A DNA stretch of 64,000 nt from Alphaproteobacteria bacterium (GTDB lineage: Bacteria > Pseudomonadota > Alphaproteobacteria > MPNO01), in NCBI GenBank assembly GCA_965203455.1, contig CBDBCV010000008.1:2604-66603 (forward strand), given 5' to 3'. Within the stretch, counting starts at the first letter, position 1, and every line of letters begins with the position of its first letter. A model generated the notes under the pieces. That model was given only the letters and a program-made list of their open reading frames with translations, ran no database searches and was not told the DNA's origin. The position numbers were made by a program, and so were the translations under genes. Below, piece after piece: positions 39,432 to 49,360 of the stretch.

Positions 39432-39692
39432 TCACTCAGTATCTCCGTTCATCGTCTCCTTCATCGTCCTGCGGGCCGCGTCGACGAGGTCATCGAGTTC
39501 CTTCTCCCGCCGGGTGTCGAGCAATTCGTCCCAGTCGAGGGTCGCCATCATGTATACTATGCGGTAGATCGCCTCGATGAGCGCGAGGTGCCCGGGCGTC
39601 GCCGCGGGCGGGGGCGTTTCGCCCAAGTGGTCCTCGGCCAGCGCGATCGCTCCCGTGCGGACGAGTTCGCCGGCAGGGGTTCCGTGCCGCAT
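39432..39692 (-). CDS. Small hypothetical protein (86 aa)
   Basis: '…MMATLDWDELLDTRREKELDDLVDAARRTMKETMNGDTE'. Terminated by the 39272–39297 hairpin. No recognisable family. Confidence 0.35.
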   Translation of the reverse strand: MRHGTPAGELVRTGAIALAEDHLGETPPPAATPGHLALIEAIYRIVYMMATLDWDELLDTRREKELDDLVDAARRTMKETMNGDTE

Positions 39693-40815
39693 GGCGGCCT
39701 GCTCGATCAGACTCCATTCGGATTCGGAGAAGCGGATCGAGCGCGGTCGCCGCGCATTGCTCCGGTTCTACGCAAGTTCCTTCCGGTTTCCGGGATCGTT
39801 TCGGTCATCTCTCGTGATGCTTCCCGCCTTCCCCGGGTCGGTCCGATGGCCGGTTTCGTCCGTCCGCGCGCCCCGAACCGAAGCATCGGTGCCCCGCTTC
39901 CCGGCGAAACCGACCGTGCGACGAAGGCGTTGCCGTGCGCCCCTCGATGCGACAGCCCCGGCCCGGCAGCGGGTCCGGCCGTGCCGTCATCGAGAGCCGT
40001 CAACAGTGGGCGCAGCCGGGCGCGCAGTCAGACTGACTGCTCGACAGGCGATTTTGCGGACCGGCGCGCATTCTCCCGTAACACACCGTCACACGCCCTG
40101 CCACCGATCGCAACCGCTCCGGCTGCTTCCGGCGACAGGCGCGCGCTGGACCGCGCCCCGGTACGGCGATCCGGCGAACACAAATCGGTGGCGCTCGATC
40201 CGCGTTGCGCCGGCAGGATTCTGGCAGCGCCTGTCCACTCCTGGCGGCGCCAGGCAGCGCCAGGCAGCGCCTGTCATCTTATGCCGCAGTCCTGCATCGG
40301 GATGCGTTCCGGTGTGAGAACCACGCGCCGAAGGGCGTCCCGGTCCCGCTTCCTGGCCGCTCCATCCGCCGGGCGTTGAAAGCCGTTGTGCGACAAGCAT
40401 CCAGCCCGAGCGGCGCTTGAGCGGCAGCGCCCGCCGCGCACCTGCGGAGACAGTCCCCGGACCGCCGCGCGGCTTCCGGGCGGCAGTGTAGGAAGCACAT
40501 GGCGGCATGGCAATTGCGAAACGGTCCGCGCACCGGGGGGATCACCGGTGCGGCCCGCGCTGTCGGCGTCGGCAAGCGTGACGTTCGGCGCGATGTCGTA
40601 CGGGCTGCGGCATCCGGCTGCCGGTTCCTTCCGCATGGGGCAGCGGTCCGCGCGCGGCTATCGGTACGGTCATGCGACCGTCGTCGTCATCGACAACGGG
40701 AAACGGTCGTCCGCGTCCAGGCCCTCGCAGCCGAGCCTCGACCATGCCCCACATTGAAGATGGAGGCTCGGCCTCGGCAGCGCTTGCGGATCCTAAGCGT
40801 TGGTGAGAAGCGGCT

Positions 40816-40838
40816 GAGGCGTTGCCTCTTTTTTTTAT
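40816..40838 (+). terminator. Rho-independent terminator ending a ~1.5-kb stretch with no credible ORF.
   Basis: 'gaggcgttgcctc' hairpin followed by T8. Confidence 0.55.
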
Positions 40839-40902
40839 CACTCTAAACTTCTCGGCCCCGGAACGGAATCTACGCAATGTATCCAGCCAAGGAGCACAGG
40901 CG

Positions 40903-42150
40903 ATGAGACTCCGAATCCACCGGGGTGCGAAGGAGATCGGCGGCACCTGCGTCGAGGTCGAGGCGGACGGCAAGCGACTCGCGCTCGATGTCGGCCTGCC
41001 GCTTAATGCGCCGGACGAGGCGCAGGAGGGGCTGCTCCCGGACCTTCCGGGCTTCCGGGAGCCGGACCCGAACCTGCTGGGCGTCGTGATCTCGCACGGC
41101 CATATGGACCATTGCGGCCTTGCCGCGCATATCCGGCCGGACATTCCCGTCTGGATCGGCGAGGCCGCGCACAACATCCTGAAGTCCGCCCGCCCCTGGG
41201 TCCCGAACGGCCACGCCTTCGCCGACCCGCATTTCCTCGCCGACCGGAAGCCGTTCGGGATCGGGCCGTTCCGCGTCACGCCCTATCTGGTCGATCACAG
41301 CGCCTTCGACGCCTATGCGCTCATGGTCGAAGCCGATGGCAAACGGGTCTTCTACTCGGGCGACTTCCGCGCCCACGGCCGCAAGGCGGCGCTGTTCGAG
41401 CGGCTGGTCCGCAGCCCGCCCGCCGATATCGACGCGCTGCTGATGGAAGGCACGACGCTCGGACGGGCGGGGACGCAGGAAGGGTTCGAGACCGAGGATG
41501 ACCTCGAAGCGCGCTTCGCCGAGGCGTTCCGGCAGACGGCGGGCCTGCACCTCGTCTGGACCTCATCGCAGAACATCGACCGGGTCGTCACAGTCTTCCG
41601 CGCCGCGAAAAGGACGGGCCGCCTGCTGCTGATCGACCTCTACACGGCGGTGGTGCTGGAAGCGACTGGGCGGGACACCATCCCGCAATCGCATTGGGAA
41701 GAAGTGAAAGTCTATATCCCGCAAAGCCAGCGTGTGTTCATCAAGGAGAAGGGCCTGTTCGCGGACCGCGACCGGCATCACAGGTTCCGCGTCTATCCGG
41801 AAGACCTGCCGGGCCTTGCCGAACGTGCGGTCATGCTGTTCCGCCCGCTGGCGATGCGCGACCGGGGCGTGGCCTCGGTGCTGGACGGCGCCGGCTTCAC
41901 CTACTCGATGTGGGACGGCTACCTGAAGGATGCCTCCTCCCGCCGCGTTCTGGACTGGCTCGATCGCCATGGCATCCCCTGGCAGCCCATCCACACCTCC
42001 GGCCACGCCGCCGCCGCCGCCCTGCAACGCTTCGCCGCCGCCCTTGCCCCCCGCGCCCTCGTGCCCATACATTCCTTCGAACCCGGGCGCTTCCCGGAAC
42101 TCTTCGACAATGTCGTCTCGAGGGCGGACGGCGAGTGGTGGGAAGTTTGA
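40903..42150 (+). CDS. MBL-fold metallo-hydrolase (β-lactamase-superfamily nuclease/hydrolase-like)
   Basis: RBS AAGGAG. 'VISHGHMDHCG' metal-binding motif. ~415 aa. Confidence 0.8.
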   Translation: MRLRIHRGAKEIGGTCVEVEADGKRLALDVGLPLNAPDEAQEGLLPDLPGFREPDPNLLGVVISHGHMDHCGLAAHIRPDIPVWIGEAAHNILKSARPWVPNGHAFADPHFLADRKPFGIGPFRVTPYLVDHSAFDAYALMVEADGKRVFYSGDFRAHGRKAALFERLVRSPPADIDALLMEGTTLGRAGTQEGFETEDDLEARFAEAFRQTAGLHLVWTSSQNIDRVVTVFRAAKRTGRLLLIDLYTAVVLEATGRDTIPQSHWEEVKVYIPQSQRVFIKEKGLFADRDRHHRFRVYPEDLPGLAERAVMLFRPLAMRDRGVASVLDGAGFTYSMWDGYLKDASSRRVLDWLDRHGIPWQPIHTSGHAAAAALQRFAAALAPRALVPIHSFEPGRFPELFDNVVSRADGEWWEV

Positions 42151-42156
42151 ACCCGC

Positions 42157-42429
42157 AATGACCGCCTCCCTGCGCCAGAACCCGGACTTGCTTGACCGCC
42201 TGGGCGACGGTGGGCCTGTTCGCGGCGAAGCTGCTGGTAGGCGCGCGACCTGCTTCCTGATCTGGACAGGCATCCGGGAGATGCGCCGCCAGACGGATCG
42301 AGAGGCACGCCAGAACCGGGAAGCTCACGAGACGGAATTCTGCCGCCACAAGCATGAGGAAGCCATGGCGGCGCTCAAGGCGCTCATCGAACGGACCGCA
42401 ACGCCCGCCGTAAAGGGAACGTCGTGATG
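42157..42429 (+). CDS. Small hypothetical protein (90 aa)
   Basis: Starts 7 bp after the MBL stop. No family recognised. Confidence 0.4.
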
Positions 42430-42591
42430 CACCACAAACGAGGCAGGCCGCGCAACCGCCGCGCCGGGTGCAAGATGTGCAAGCCGTGGAAGGTGAATGG
42501 AGTCAGGACCGAAAGTGCAGAGGGCGAGCGCCGCTCGGACCATGTCCGGCGGCAGGCGGCGGATGAGCAAGTCAGGAAGACGTTGAGGTAA
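42427..42591 (+). CDS. Small basic Zn-ribbon-like protein (54 aa), not in the ORF track.
   Basis: 'MHHKRGRPRNRRAGCKMCKPWKVNG…'. Start overlaps the preceding stop (GTGATG). Confidence 0.4.
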   Translation: MHHKRGRPRNRRAGCKMCKPWKVNGVRTESAEGERRSDHVRRQAADEQVRKTLR

Positions 42592-42645
42592 CCGGCGACA
42601 ATGTCGTTCCGAGGTGAGGACGGCGAGTACCAGGAGATTTAGCGA

Positions 42646-43116
42646 ATGAAGACCGTAAACATTTTCCGTGTGATTAGGAACACCACACGCCGAATCGAGC
42701 CCTTCCATTCCGAATTCCTAGCAGAGGCTTTGCGCATCAGCGCGGAAGGAAACCGCTCGTTGTTCGATGCAGTGTGGAGGCTGGCTGCGCCGGAAGGCTG
42801 GGACATTCCCGTGGAACCCAAGATCGAATCCGAGGATATGATGGAAGACGGGAAGCGGATTGACATCTGTATCTTCGACAAACCCCGTGGCCGGCTTCTG
42901 GGAATCGAGGTCAAGACAACCAAGGCTTCAGCGAAGGAAAGACAACTCGAAGACTATCTCGAAGGACTTTGCAAGAAGTATGGATATGACAGCAACGACC
43001 AGGATGGCATAGCCATCGGCTATCTCACGCCGTTCAACCGTGATCGTGCGGGTGATGCTGCCGATTTTCTTCCGACCGTTGGAATATTTGAGAAATTCCG
43101 ACAGAACCATGAAAAT
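42646..43116 (+). pseudogene. Low-GC PD-(D/E)xK nuclease-like gene, 5' part (interrupted by IS3 copy 2).
   Basis: '…GKRIDICIFDKPRGRLLGIEVKTTK…' is a D…(D/E)xK motif. GC by eye ~50–52%, well below the GC-rich flanking genes. Confidence 0.6.
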
Positions 43117-43176
43117 TGAGGTGGCGTCGCAAAATCGGACAGGTCGTCAAGGTGTATTCCGCCGTGTGACGGAGGA

Positions 43177-43464
43177 ATGCGGATGAGCAAGCGACGCAGG
43201 TTTTCGGGGGAGCTGAAGGCGAAGATAGCCTTGGAGGCGCTACGGGGTGATCGGACGCTTCAGGAGATTGCCTCGAAGCACCAGGTGCATCCGAACCAGG
43301 TGGGTGTGTGGAAGCGCCAGGCGATGGAGGGTCTGGGGGAGGTCTTTTCCGGTGGAGGTGAGCGCCGGGCGCGGGATCACGAGAGCGAGGTCCGGGCTCT
43401 TCACGCCAAGATCGGGGAGTTGATCGTAGAGCGTGATTTTTTGTCACGCGGGTCCGGTCGCTGA
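43177..43464 (+). CDS. IS3-family OrfA (copy 2)
   Basis: Identical to 31357..31644. Confidence 0.9.
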   Translation: MRMSKRRRFSGELKAKIALEALRGDRTLQEIASKHQVHPNQVGVWKRQAMEGLGEVFSGGGERRARDHESEVRALHAKIGELIVERDFLSRGSGR

Positions 43465-43484
43465 GCCGGTCCGGGAGACGGGCG

Positions 43485-44450
43485 ATGGTTGTGCGGGGCC
43501 ACCCGTCGTTGAGCCTGACCCGGCAATGCCGTCTGCTGTCGATCGGGCGCTCGTCGCTCTATGACCGGCCGAAGGGGGAGAGCGCGGAGACGCTGGCTCT
43601 GATGCGCCGGATCGACGCGCTGTTCCTCAAGTATCCGTTCTACGGCGCCCGCCAGATGGTTCGGCATCTGCGCCGCGAGGGGGTGCGGATCGGGCGGCGG
43701 CGGGCCGCTCGCCTGATGCGCCTGCTTGGTCTTCAGGCGGTCTATCGGGCGCCGCGGACCAGTGCGCCGCACCTCGGGCACCGGGTTTATCCATATCTGC
43801 TGCGGGGTCTGGCGATCGAGCGGCCGAACCATGTGTGGTGCGCCGACATCACCTACATCCCGGTGCGGCGCGGCTTCCTCTACCTGGTGGCGATCATGGA
43901 CTGGGCGAGCCGCTGCGTCCTGGCCTGGCGGCTGTCGAACACGCTGGACGCGGGGTTCTGTGTCGAGGCTCTCGACGAAGCCCTGGCGCGCCATGGCACC
44001 CCGCAGATCTTCAACACCGACCAGGGCAGCCAGTTCACCGGCTTCGCCTTCACCGCGCGCCTGCGGGAGGCCGGTATCCGCATCTCGATGGACGGCCGCG
44101 GCCGGTGCATGGACAACATCTTCATCGAGCGGCTGTGGCGCTCGCTCAAATACGAGGCGGTCTACCTGCACGAGATCGCCGACGGCTTCGCAGCCCGGCG
44201 CGTCATCGGCCAGTGGATCGGCTTCTACAACACCGAGAGACCGCACTCGGCACTCGGCGGGCGGACGCCGGCCGAGGCCTACCGGGGCGACACGCCTGTG
44301 GATATGATGGACAAGCCGCTTCGCGCCTTGACCACATACCCACAGGCGCAACAGCAGCAGCAGAAAGATCGATCCAAGAGGATTCTGGCGGCACAAACTT
44401 CAACCGGAATACACCTTGAAAACGCCGTCAGCCTGTCCGACAAACCGACG
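43485..44450 (+). CDS. IS3-family OrfB (copy 2), 3' end approximate.
   Basis: Identical to the copy 1 orfB. Confidence 0.85.
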
Positions 44451-44458
44451 CCACCTCA

Positions 44459-44908
44459 AATGCCCGCCATATGAGCTGGCTAGATATTGCCGACATCCCA
44501 TGGGACGGCAATGAATTGTGGAGGCAACAACAAGCGTATGTTCACCAGGAAATCGCAAGCTACAAGAAACTCCGATCCTTTATATCTCGCAATCGGGCGT
44601 TCGACGAATTTTTCTCGCCAGAGAAAGTTGAGAGATTCTGGGACGCTCTCCCGTTCGACGGCGACAAGGCTGCCGATGCTGGCGCAACCATAGACCTTGC
44701 AACGCTCGGAAATGACCCGACACCGCTTGTCAGGGCGTTTGAAATTCTCATTGAGGACGAAGAAAACGTGTCGGGTAGGGTCAACAAGCAGGACGACTTT
44801 CCAGACGAGTTGCGTCAACCCTTCAAGGATTCGCCATTCAGGGATATTCACGAAGCACTCTTCGCCCTCTCGGATCGACAACATGTCTGGCTGGCCGGAA
44901 AGAAGGAG
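44459..44908 (+). pseudogene. PD-(D/E)xK nuclease-like gene, 3' continuation (in frame with 42646..43116 once the IS3 copy and one AAT are removed). Cut again by IS3 copy 3.
   Basis: Frame arithmetic: 1345 bp removed ≡ 1 mod 3. '…HENARHMSWLDIADIPWDGNELW…'. Reconstructed product is at least 304 aa. Confidence 0.55.
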
Positions 44909-44968
44909 TGAGGTGGCGTCGCAAAATCGGACAGGTCGTCAAGGTGTATTCCGCCGTGTGACGGAGGA

Positions 44969-45256
44969 ATGCGGATGAGCAAGCGACGCAGGTTTTCGGG
45001 GGAGCTGAAGGCGAAGATAGCCTTGGAGGCGCTACGGGGTGATCGGACGCTTCAGGAGATTGCCTCGAAGCACCAGGTGCATCCGAACCAGGTGGGTGTG
45101 TGGAAGCGCCAGGCGATGGAGGGTCTGGGGGAGGTCTTTTCCGGTGGAGGTGAGCGCCGGGCGCGGGATCACGAGAGCGAGGTCCGGGCTCTTCACGCCA
45201 AGATCGGGGAGTTGATCGTAGAGCGTGATTTTTTGTCACGCGGGTCCGGTCGCTGA
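44969..45256 (+). CDS. IS3-family OrfA (copy 3)
   Basis: Identical to the other copies. Confidence 0.9.
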   Translation: MRMSKRRRFSGELKAKIALEALRGDRTLQEIASKHQVHPNQVGVWKRQAMEGLGEVFSGGGERRARDHESEVRALHAKIGELIVERDFLSRGSGR

Positions 45257-45276
45257 GCCGGTCCGGGAGACGGGCG

Positions 45277-46242
45277 ATGGTTGTGCGGGGCCACCCGTCG
45301 TTGAGCCTGACCCGGCAATGCCGTCTGCTGTCGATCGGGCGCTCGTCGCTCTATGACCGGCCGAAGGGGGAGAGCGCGGAGACGCTGGCTCTGATGCGCC
45401 GGATCGACGCGCTGTTCCTCAAGTATCCGTTCTACGGCGCCCGCCAGATGGTTCGGCATCTGCGCCGCGAGGGGGTGCGGATCGGGCGGCGGCGGGCCGC
45501 TCGCCTGATGCGCCTGCTTGGTCTTCAGGCGGTCTATCGGGCGCCGCGGACCAGTGCGCCGCACCTCGGGCACCGGGTTTATCCATATCTGCTGCGGGGT
45601 CTGGCGATCGAGCGGCCGAACCATGTGTGGTGCGCCGACATCACCTACATCCCGGTGCGGCGCGGCTTCCTCTACCTGGTGGCGATCATGGACTGGGCGA
45701 GCCGCTGCGTCCTGGCCTGGCGGCTGTCGAACACGCTGGACGCGGGGTTCTGTGTCGAGGCTCTCGACGAAGCCCTGGCGCGCCATGGCACCCCGCAGAT
45801 CTTCAACACCGACCAGGGCAGCCAGTTCACCGGCTTCGCCTTCACCGCGCGCCTGCGGGAGGCCGGTATCCGCATCTCGATGGACGGCCGCGGCCGGTGC
45901 ATGGACAACATCTTCATCGAGCGGCTGTGGCGCTCGCTCAAATACGAGGCGGTCTACCTGCACGAGATCGCCGACGGCTTCGCAGCCCGGCGCGTCATCG
46001 GCCAGTGGATCGGCTTCTACAACACCGAGAGACCGCACTCGGCACTCGGCGGGCGGACGCCGGCCGAGGCCTACCGGGGCGACACGCCTGTGGATATGAT
46101 GGACAAGCCGCTTCGCGCCTTGACCACATACCCACAGGCGCAACAGCAGCAGCAGAAAGATCGATCCAAGAGGATTCTGGCGGCACAAACTTCAACCGGA
46201 ATACACCTTGAAAACGCCGTCAGCCTGTCCGACAAACCGACG
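45277..46242 (+). CDS. IS3-family OrfB (copy 3), 3' end approximate.
   Basis: Identical to the other copies. Confidence 0.85.
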
Positions 46243-46439
46243 CCACCTCAGATTACGGCCTCAGGGTTACGCACAAACGCCATAGCAGTGGCGTGAGCCT
46301 TGCGAGAAGCGAAGGCGTAGGGTGCCTCGTAGTCGGACAGCCTCGTTAGCCCGGGAGTTGGTCGGCCGGAGTTGGGCACTGGCAAAGCCTGCATCCGGCG
46401 ACAGGTCCGGGACTGGTCAAGCCAGCACCAACGTATTGA

Positions 46440-46760
46440 CGACCCGTCACAAGCATCCTCGACCACTCGGCATAACCGTTCCTACTCCAGCATCGTCGCC
46501 CTGAGCCGCTCCCCCGCGCCGAAGCCGACGGCGCTGTCCAGCCCGCCATGCTCCCTGTCCAGCGTCGCCCATGACGCAGCCAGATATTCCTCCCGCGCCG
46601 AGAACACCGGCTCGTAGATTCGCGGGGCAGGCCTTCGGGTTCGCGGCCGCCGCGGTCCCAGTGGCGGTTGATGAGCAGGTAGTCCTCCATGATCGTGGTG
46701 CGCGGGACGCCCAGCACCCCCAGCACCACGGCGGCACTCTTCCGTCGTCCCGGACGGCGC
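46440..46760 (-). pseudogene. Possible tyrosine-phosphatase-family (Y_phosphatase3-like) gene remnant.
   Basis: Minus-strand frame '…AAVVLGVLGVPRTTIMEDYLLINRHWD…' resembles the C-terminal motif of that family. No intact ORF. Confidence 0.25.
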
Positions 46761-47022
46761 GTCAGCATCGACCTGGGACCTCCAAGCAGTTCTGCTCCTG
46801 TTACGCGAGGCCCCGGCACTCGGGGGCCGGAGCGACGATGGGGGAGGCCATCATCGGTTCCGATCAATGACCGCTGGTATCAGTCAACACTTAGCCCGAC
46901 AACGGCGCATGTCTGGAATCAACGTAAGCGGTTAAAGCACGGCGTTCGGCATTTGTGTTGATCCGGCCGACCCTCGCGCGGGAGGGTTTTTCCGATCGAT
47001 TTCACGATGATGGGAGGATTTT

Positions 47023-47340
47023 TTGATGTCGGACGATGTGTCGACGGTGACGGTTGACGGCGCCGGCCGGGAGTTTCGCGGCGAGGCCGAGTGGCGGGCG
47101 CTGATGGCGGATTTCGAGCGCTGGGACGGCTCTCAGACCAGCTTCTGCAAGGCCCGGGGGGTGTCGCGGAAGACGTTCCAGGGCTGGCGCCGCCGGTTCG
47201 GTCTGACCGCCGGCAAGCCGCGCGGCAAGCGCCGTGCCAAGCCCGGCGGCTTTGTCGAGATCGCGGCGGGATCGGGGCCGGGCTGGGATGTCGAGCTGTC
47301 GCTCGGCGACGGGGTGGTGCTGCGTCTGCGGCGGTCCTGA
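47023..47340 (+). CDS. tnpA: IS66 TnpA (third element)
   Basis: 105 aa. '…WRALMADFERWDGSQTSFCKARGVSRKTFQGWRRR'. Confidence 0.85.
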   Translation: MMSDDVSTVTVDGAGREFRGEAEWRALMADFERWDGSQTSFCKARGVSRKTFQGWRRRFGLTAGKPRGKRRAKPGGFVEIAAGSGPGWDVELSLGDGVVLRLRRS

Positions 47341-47699
47341 TGCTCGGCGGCTGGCCGGCGGGCGGCATCTGGCTGTCGACGGAACCGGCGGACCTGCGGC
47401 GCAGCTTCGACGGGCTGTGCGCGCTGGTCGCGACCCATCTCGGGGAGAACCCGGCGAGCGGGCGCTGGTATGTGTTCGTCAACCGCCGCCGGACGATGGT
47501 GAAGGTTCTCGGCTTCGAGCATGGCGGGTTCTTCATCTGGGCCAAGCGGCTGGAGCAGGGGCTGTTCGCCTCGCCCCGGTCGGCGGGGCGGAAGTCTCTG
47601 GCGCTGTCGCGGACCGAGCTTTCGGCGCTTCTGGAGGGGATCGACATCACCGTGCGGCGCCACCGCAAGCGCTATGCCGTCCCGCTGGAGGCGGCGTGA
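47340..47699 (+). CDS. tnpB: IS66 TnpB (third element). C-terminus replaced after '…LEGID' by read-through of inverted DNA.
   Basis: 'MLGGWPAGGIWLSTEPADLRRSFDGLCALV…WYVFVNRRRTMVKVLGFEHGGFFIWAKRLEQG'. ATGA overlap with tnpA. Confidence 0.8.
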   Translation: MLGGWPAGGIWLSTEPADLRRSFDGLCALVATHLGENPASGRWYVFVNRRRTMVKVLGFEHGGFFIWAKRLEQGLFASPRSAGRKSLALSRTELSALLEGIDITVRRHRKRYAVPLEAA

Positions 47700-49360
47700 A
47701 GCCGCCCCGCCGTGGCGGCCGCGACATCGGAGGTCAACGGATCGTCGGCGAACAGCGTCTTCCACCGCCTCGGCCTCAGCTCGTCGACCCGGGAGGCCGG
47801 GTGGGTGTCGATGCGCAGCAGGACGTCGATCAGCCAGACGCGAGGGTCGACGTCTTGCATCCGGCAGGTGGCGAGCAGGCCGTTGACGATCCCGATGTTC
47901 TCGGCGCCGAGCTCGGTCCAGGCGAACAGCCAGTTGCGCTGGCCGAGCTTGGCGGGCCGTATCTTGTTCTCGATCCGGTTGGTATCCGGCGGCACGTCCG
48001 GGTCGGCGAGGAACACCTCCAGCGTGGCCCTTCGCTCGACGGCGTAGCCGATCGCCTTGCGGATCGGGTGCATGGGCGTCAGCGCCGCCGCCTCCAGCGT
48101 GCGGTCGCACCACTCCCAGAACGCCTCGACCGCCGCGCGCGACCGGGTCCGCCGCGCGATCGCCCGCTCGGCCGTCGGCCGGCCGTCGATCTCCTCCTCG
48201 ATCCTGTAGATCGCGCCGATCAGCGCCAGCGCGTCGGCGGCCATCGCCGGGTGGTTGTCCTTCTGCTCCCAGAAGTTACGGCGGGTGTGGATCCAGCAGC
48301 CCTGATGCCGGACCGCCCCTTCGCGCGCCGCGACATAGGCCTCGTAGGCGCCGTAGCCGTCGCTCACCAGGGTTCCGGCATAATCGCCGAGGAACTCGGC
48401 CGCGTGCCGGTGCGCCCGGGAGCCGGCGAAGGGGAACACCACCTCGCCCTCCTCGCCGAGCACCGGCCAGAAGTAGCCCTTCTTCATGCTGCCGGACTTG
48501 CCCGGGTGCCGCCCGGCCCGGATCGGCGTCTCGTCCATCTGGATCACGGCGCTCCGCAGCACCGAACCCCACTGCGCGTCGTGGATCGGCTTCAGCAGCG
48601 CGATCGCCCGGTTGGCCCACAGGCTCAGCGAGCCCCGGTTCACGGTGATGCCGGCGGCCTCCAGCATCCGGTGCTGGCGGTAGAGCGGCAGGTGCCAGAG
48701 GAACTTGTCGATCAGCAGGGCGGCGACGAAGGAGACGTCGGCGCAGCTGTTCTTGAACAGGCTTTCGCGGGCCGGCGCGGCGACCAGGGCGCCGGTCTCG
48801 CGGAGCTTCACCTTGAGGTGGCGGTAGCGGATGACCACGTGCCGGCATTCGAGCGCGGCGAGCCGGCAGTGGACGCGCTCGGAGACCACCTCGTAATCGT
48901 CCTCCGACAGCCCCTCGATCTCGGGCGGCGTCACGGCGATGTCGATCACCGGGGCCTGGCCGTTGAAGCGCAGCCCGGTGTCGTTGAGGGCATCGCCGCG
49001 TGCCTTTGTGCGACCGGGCTTGCCACCGCGGCGGCGGTCCTTGCCGTCGGCCGCCTGATTGTCGTCGGAACCGTCCCCGCCCTCCCTGCGCCGTTCCGAG
49101 CGCGAGCCGTACAGGTCGCGCTGCAGCTGGACGATCTGGGCGGTGAGCGCGGCGACCTCTGCCGCGAGCTCGGCGATCCGCCCTTCCTGGGCGGCGATCG
49201 TGGCCGCCATATCGGCCTTGTCCGACGCCAGTTGCCCGGACAGCGCGATCAGCGACCGGAGCGCCTCCTCGGCCTCCGGCGGCAGGGCGCCGTCGCCGAG
49301 CAGGCGGGCGAGCTCCCGGCCGAGCTCCTCGACCTGGCCGGCCTCGGACGGCGCGCTCAT
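47672..49360 (-). CDS. tnpC: IS66-family transposase TnpC (third element, opposite strand to its tnpA/tnpB).
   Basis: Starts 'MSAPSEAGQVEEL…'. Contains 'HLPLYRQHRMLEAAG' and the DDE core. ATG overlaps the upstream methyltransferase stop (ATGA). Confidence 0.85.
   Translation of the reverse strand: MSAPSEAGQVEELGRELARLLGDGALPPEAEEALRSLIALSGQLASDKADMAATIAAQEGRIAELAAEVAALTAQIVQLQRDLYGSRSERRREGGDGSDDNQAADGKDRRRGGKPGRTKARGDALNDTGLRFNGQAPVIDIAVTPPEIEGLSEDDYEVVSERVHCRLAALECRHVVIRYRHLKVKLRETGALVAAPARESLFKNSCADVSFVAALLIDKFLWHLPLYRQHRMLEAAGITVNRGSLSLWANRAIALLKPIHDAQWGSVLRSAVIQMDETPIRAGRHPGKSGSMKKGYFWPVLGEEGEVVFPFAGSRAHRHAAEFLGDYAGTLVSDGYGAYEAYVAAREGAVRHQGCWIHTRRNFWEQKDNHPAMAADALALIGAIYRIEEEIDGRPTAERAIARRTRSRAAVEAFWEWCDRTLEAAALTPMHPIRKAIGYAVERRATLEVFLADPDVPPDTNRIENKIRPAKLGQRNWLFAWTELGAENIGIVNGLLATCRMQDVDPRVWLIDVLLRIDTHPASRVDELRPRRWKTLFADDPLTSDVAAATAGRLHAASSGTA

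Larger units (their letters stand above)
43117..44458 (+). mobile_element. IS3-family IS, copy 2 (identical 1342 bp). Target duplication AAT.
   Basis: Same termini as copy 1. orfA 43177..43464, orfB 43485..~44450. Confidence 0.9.
44909..46250 (+). mobile_element. IS3-family IS, copy 3. Flanks do not form a duplication (left 'gag', right 'gat').
   Basis: Identical termini and ORFs (orfA 44969..45256, orfB 45277..~46242). Confidence 0.9.
46924..49360 (+). mobile_element. Third, rearranged IS66-family element: IRL-tnpA-tnpB on plus, tnpC inverted on minus.
   Basis: IRL 'gtaagcggttaaagcacggcg' at 46924. tnpB and tnpC are tail-to-tail and overlap 28 bp at 47672–47699. Confidence 0.75.

Noticed and set aside
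40230-40270. Short tandem 'ggcgccaggcagcgccaggcagcgcc'.
   Set aside because: Only two ~10-bp units. Trivial slippage repeat, not a structured array.
39318-40379. 353-aa plus-strand ORF and overlapping ORFs in the 39.3–40.9-kb region.
   Set aside because: No start context, Arg/Pro-rich composition, mutually overlapping in several frames. Treated as non-coding or decayed DNA.
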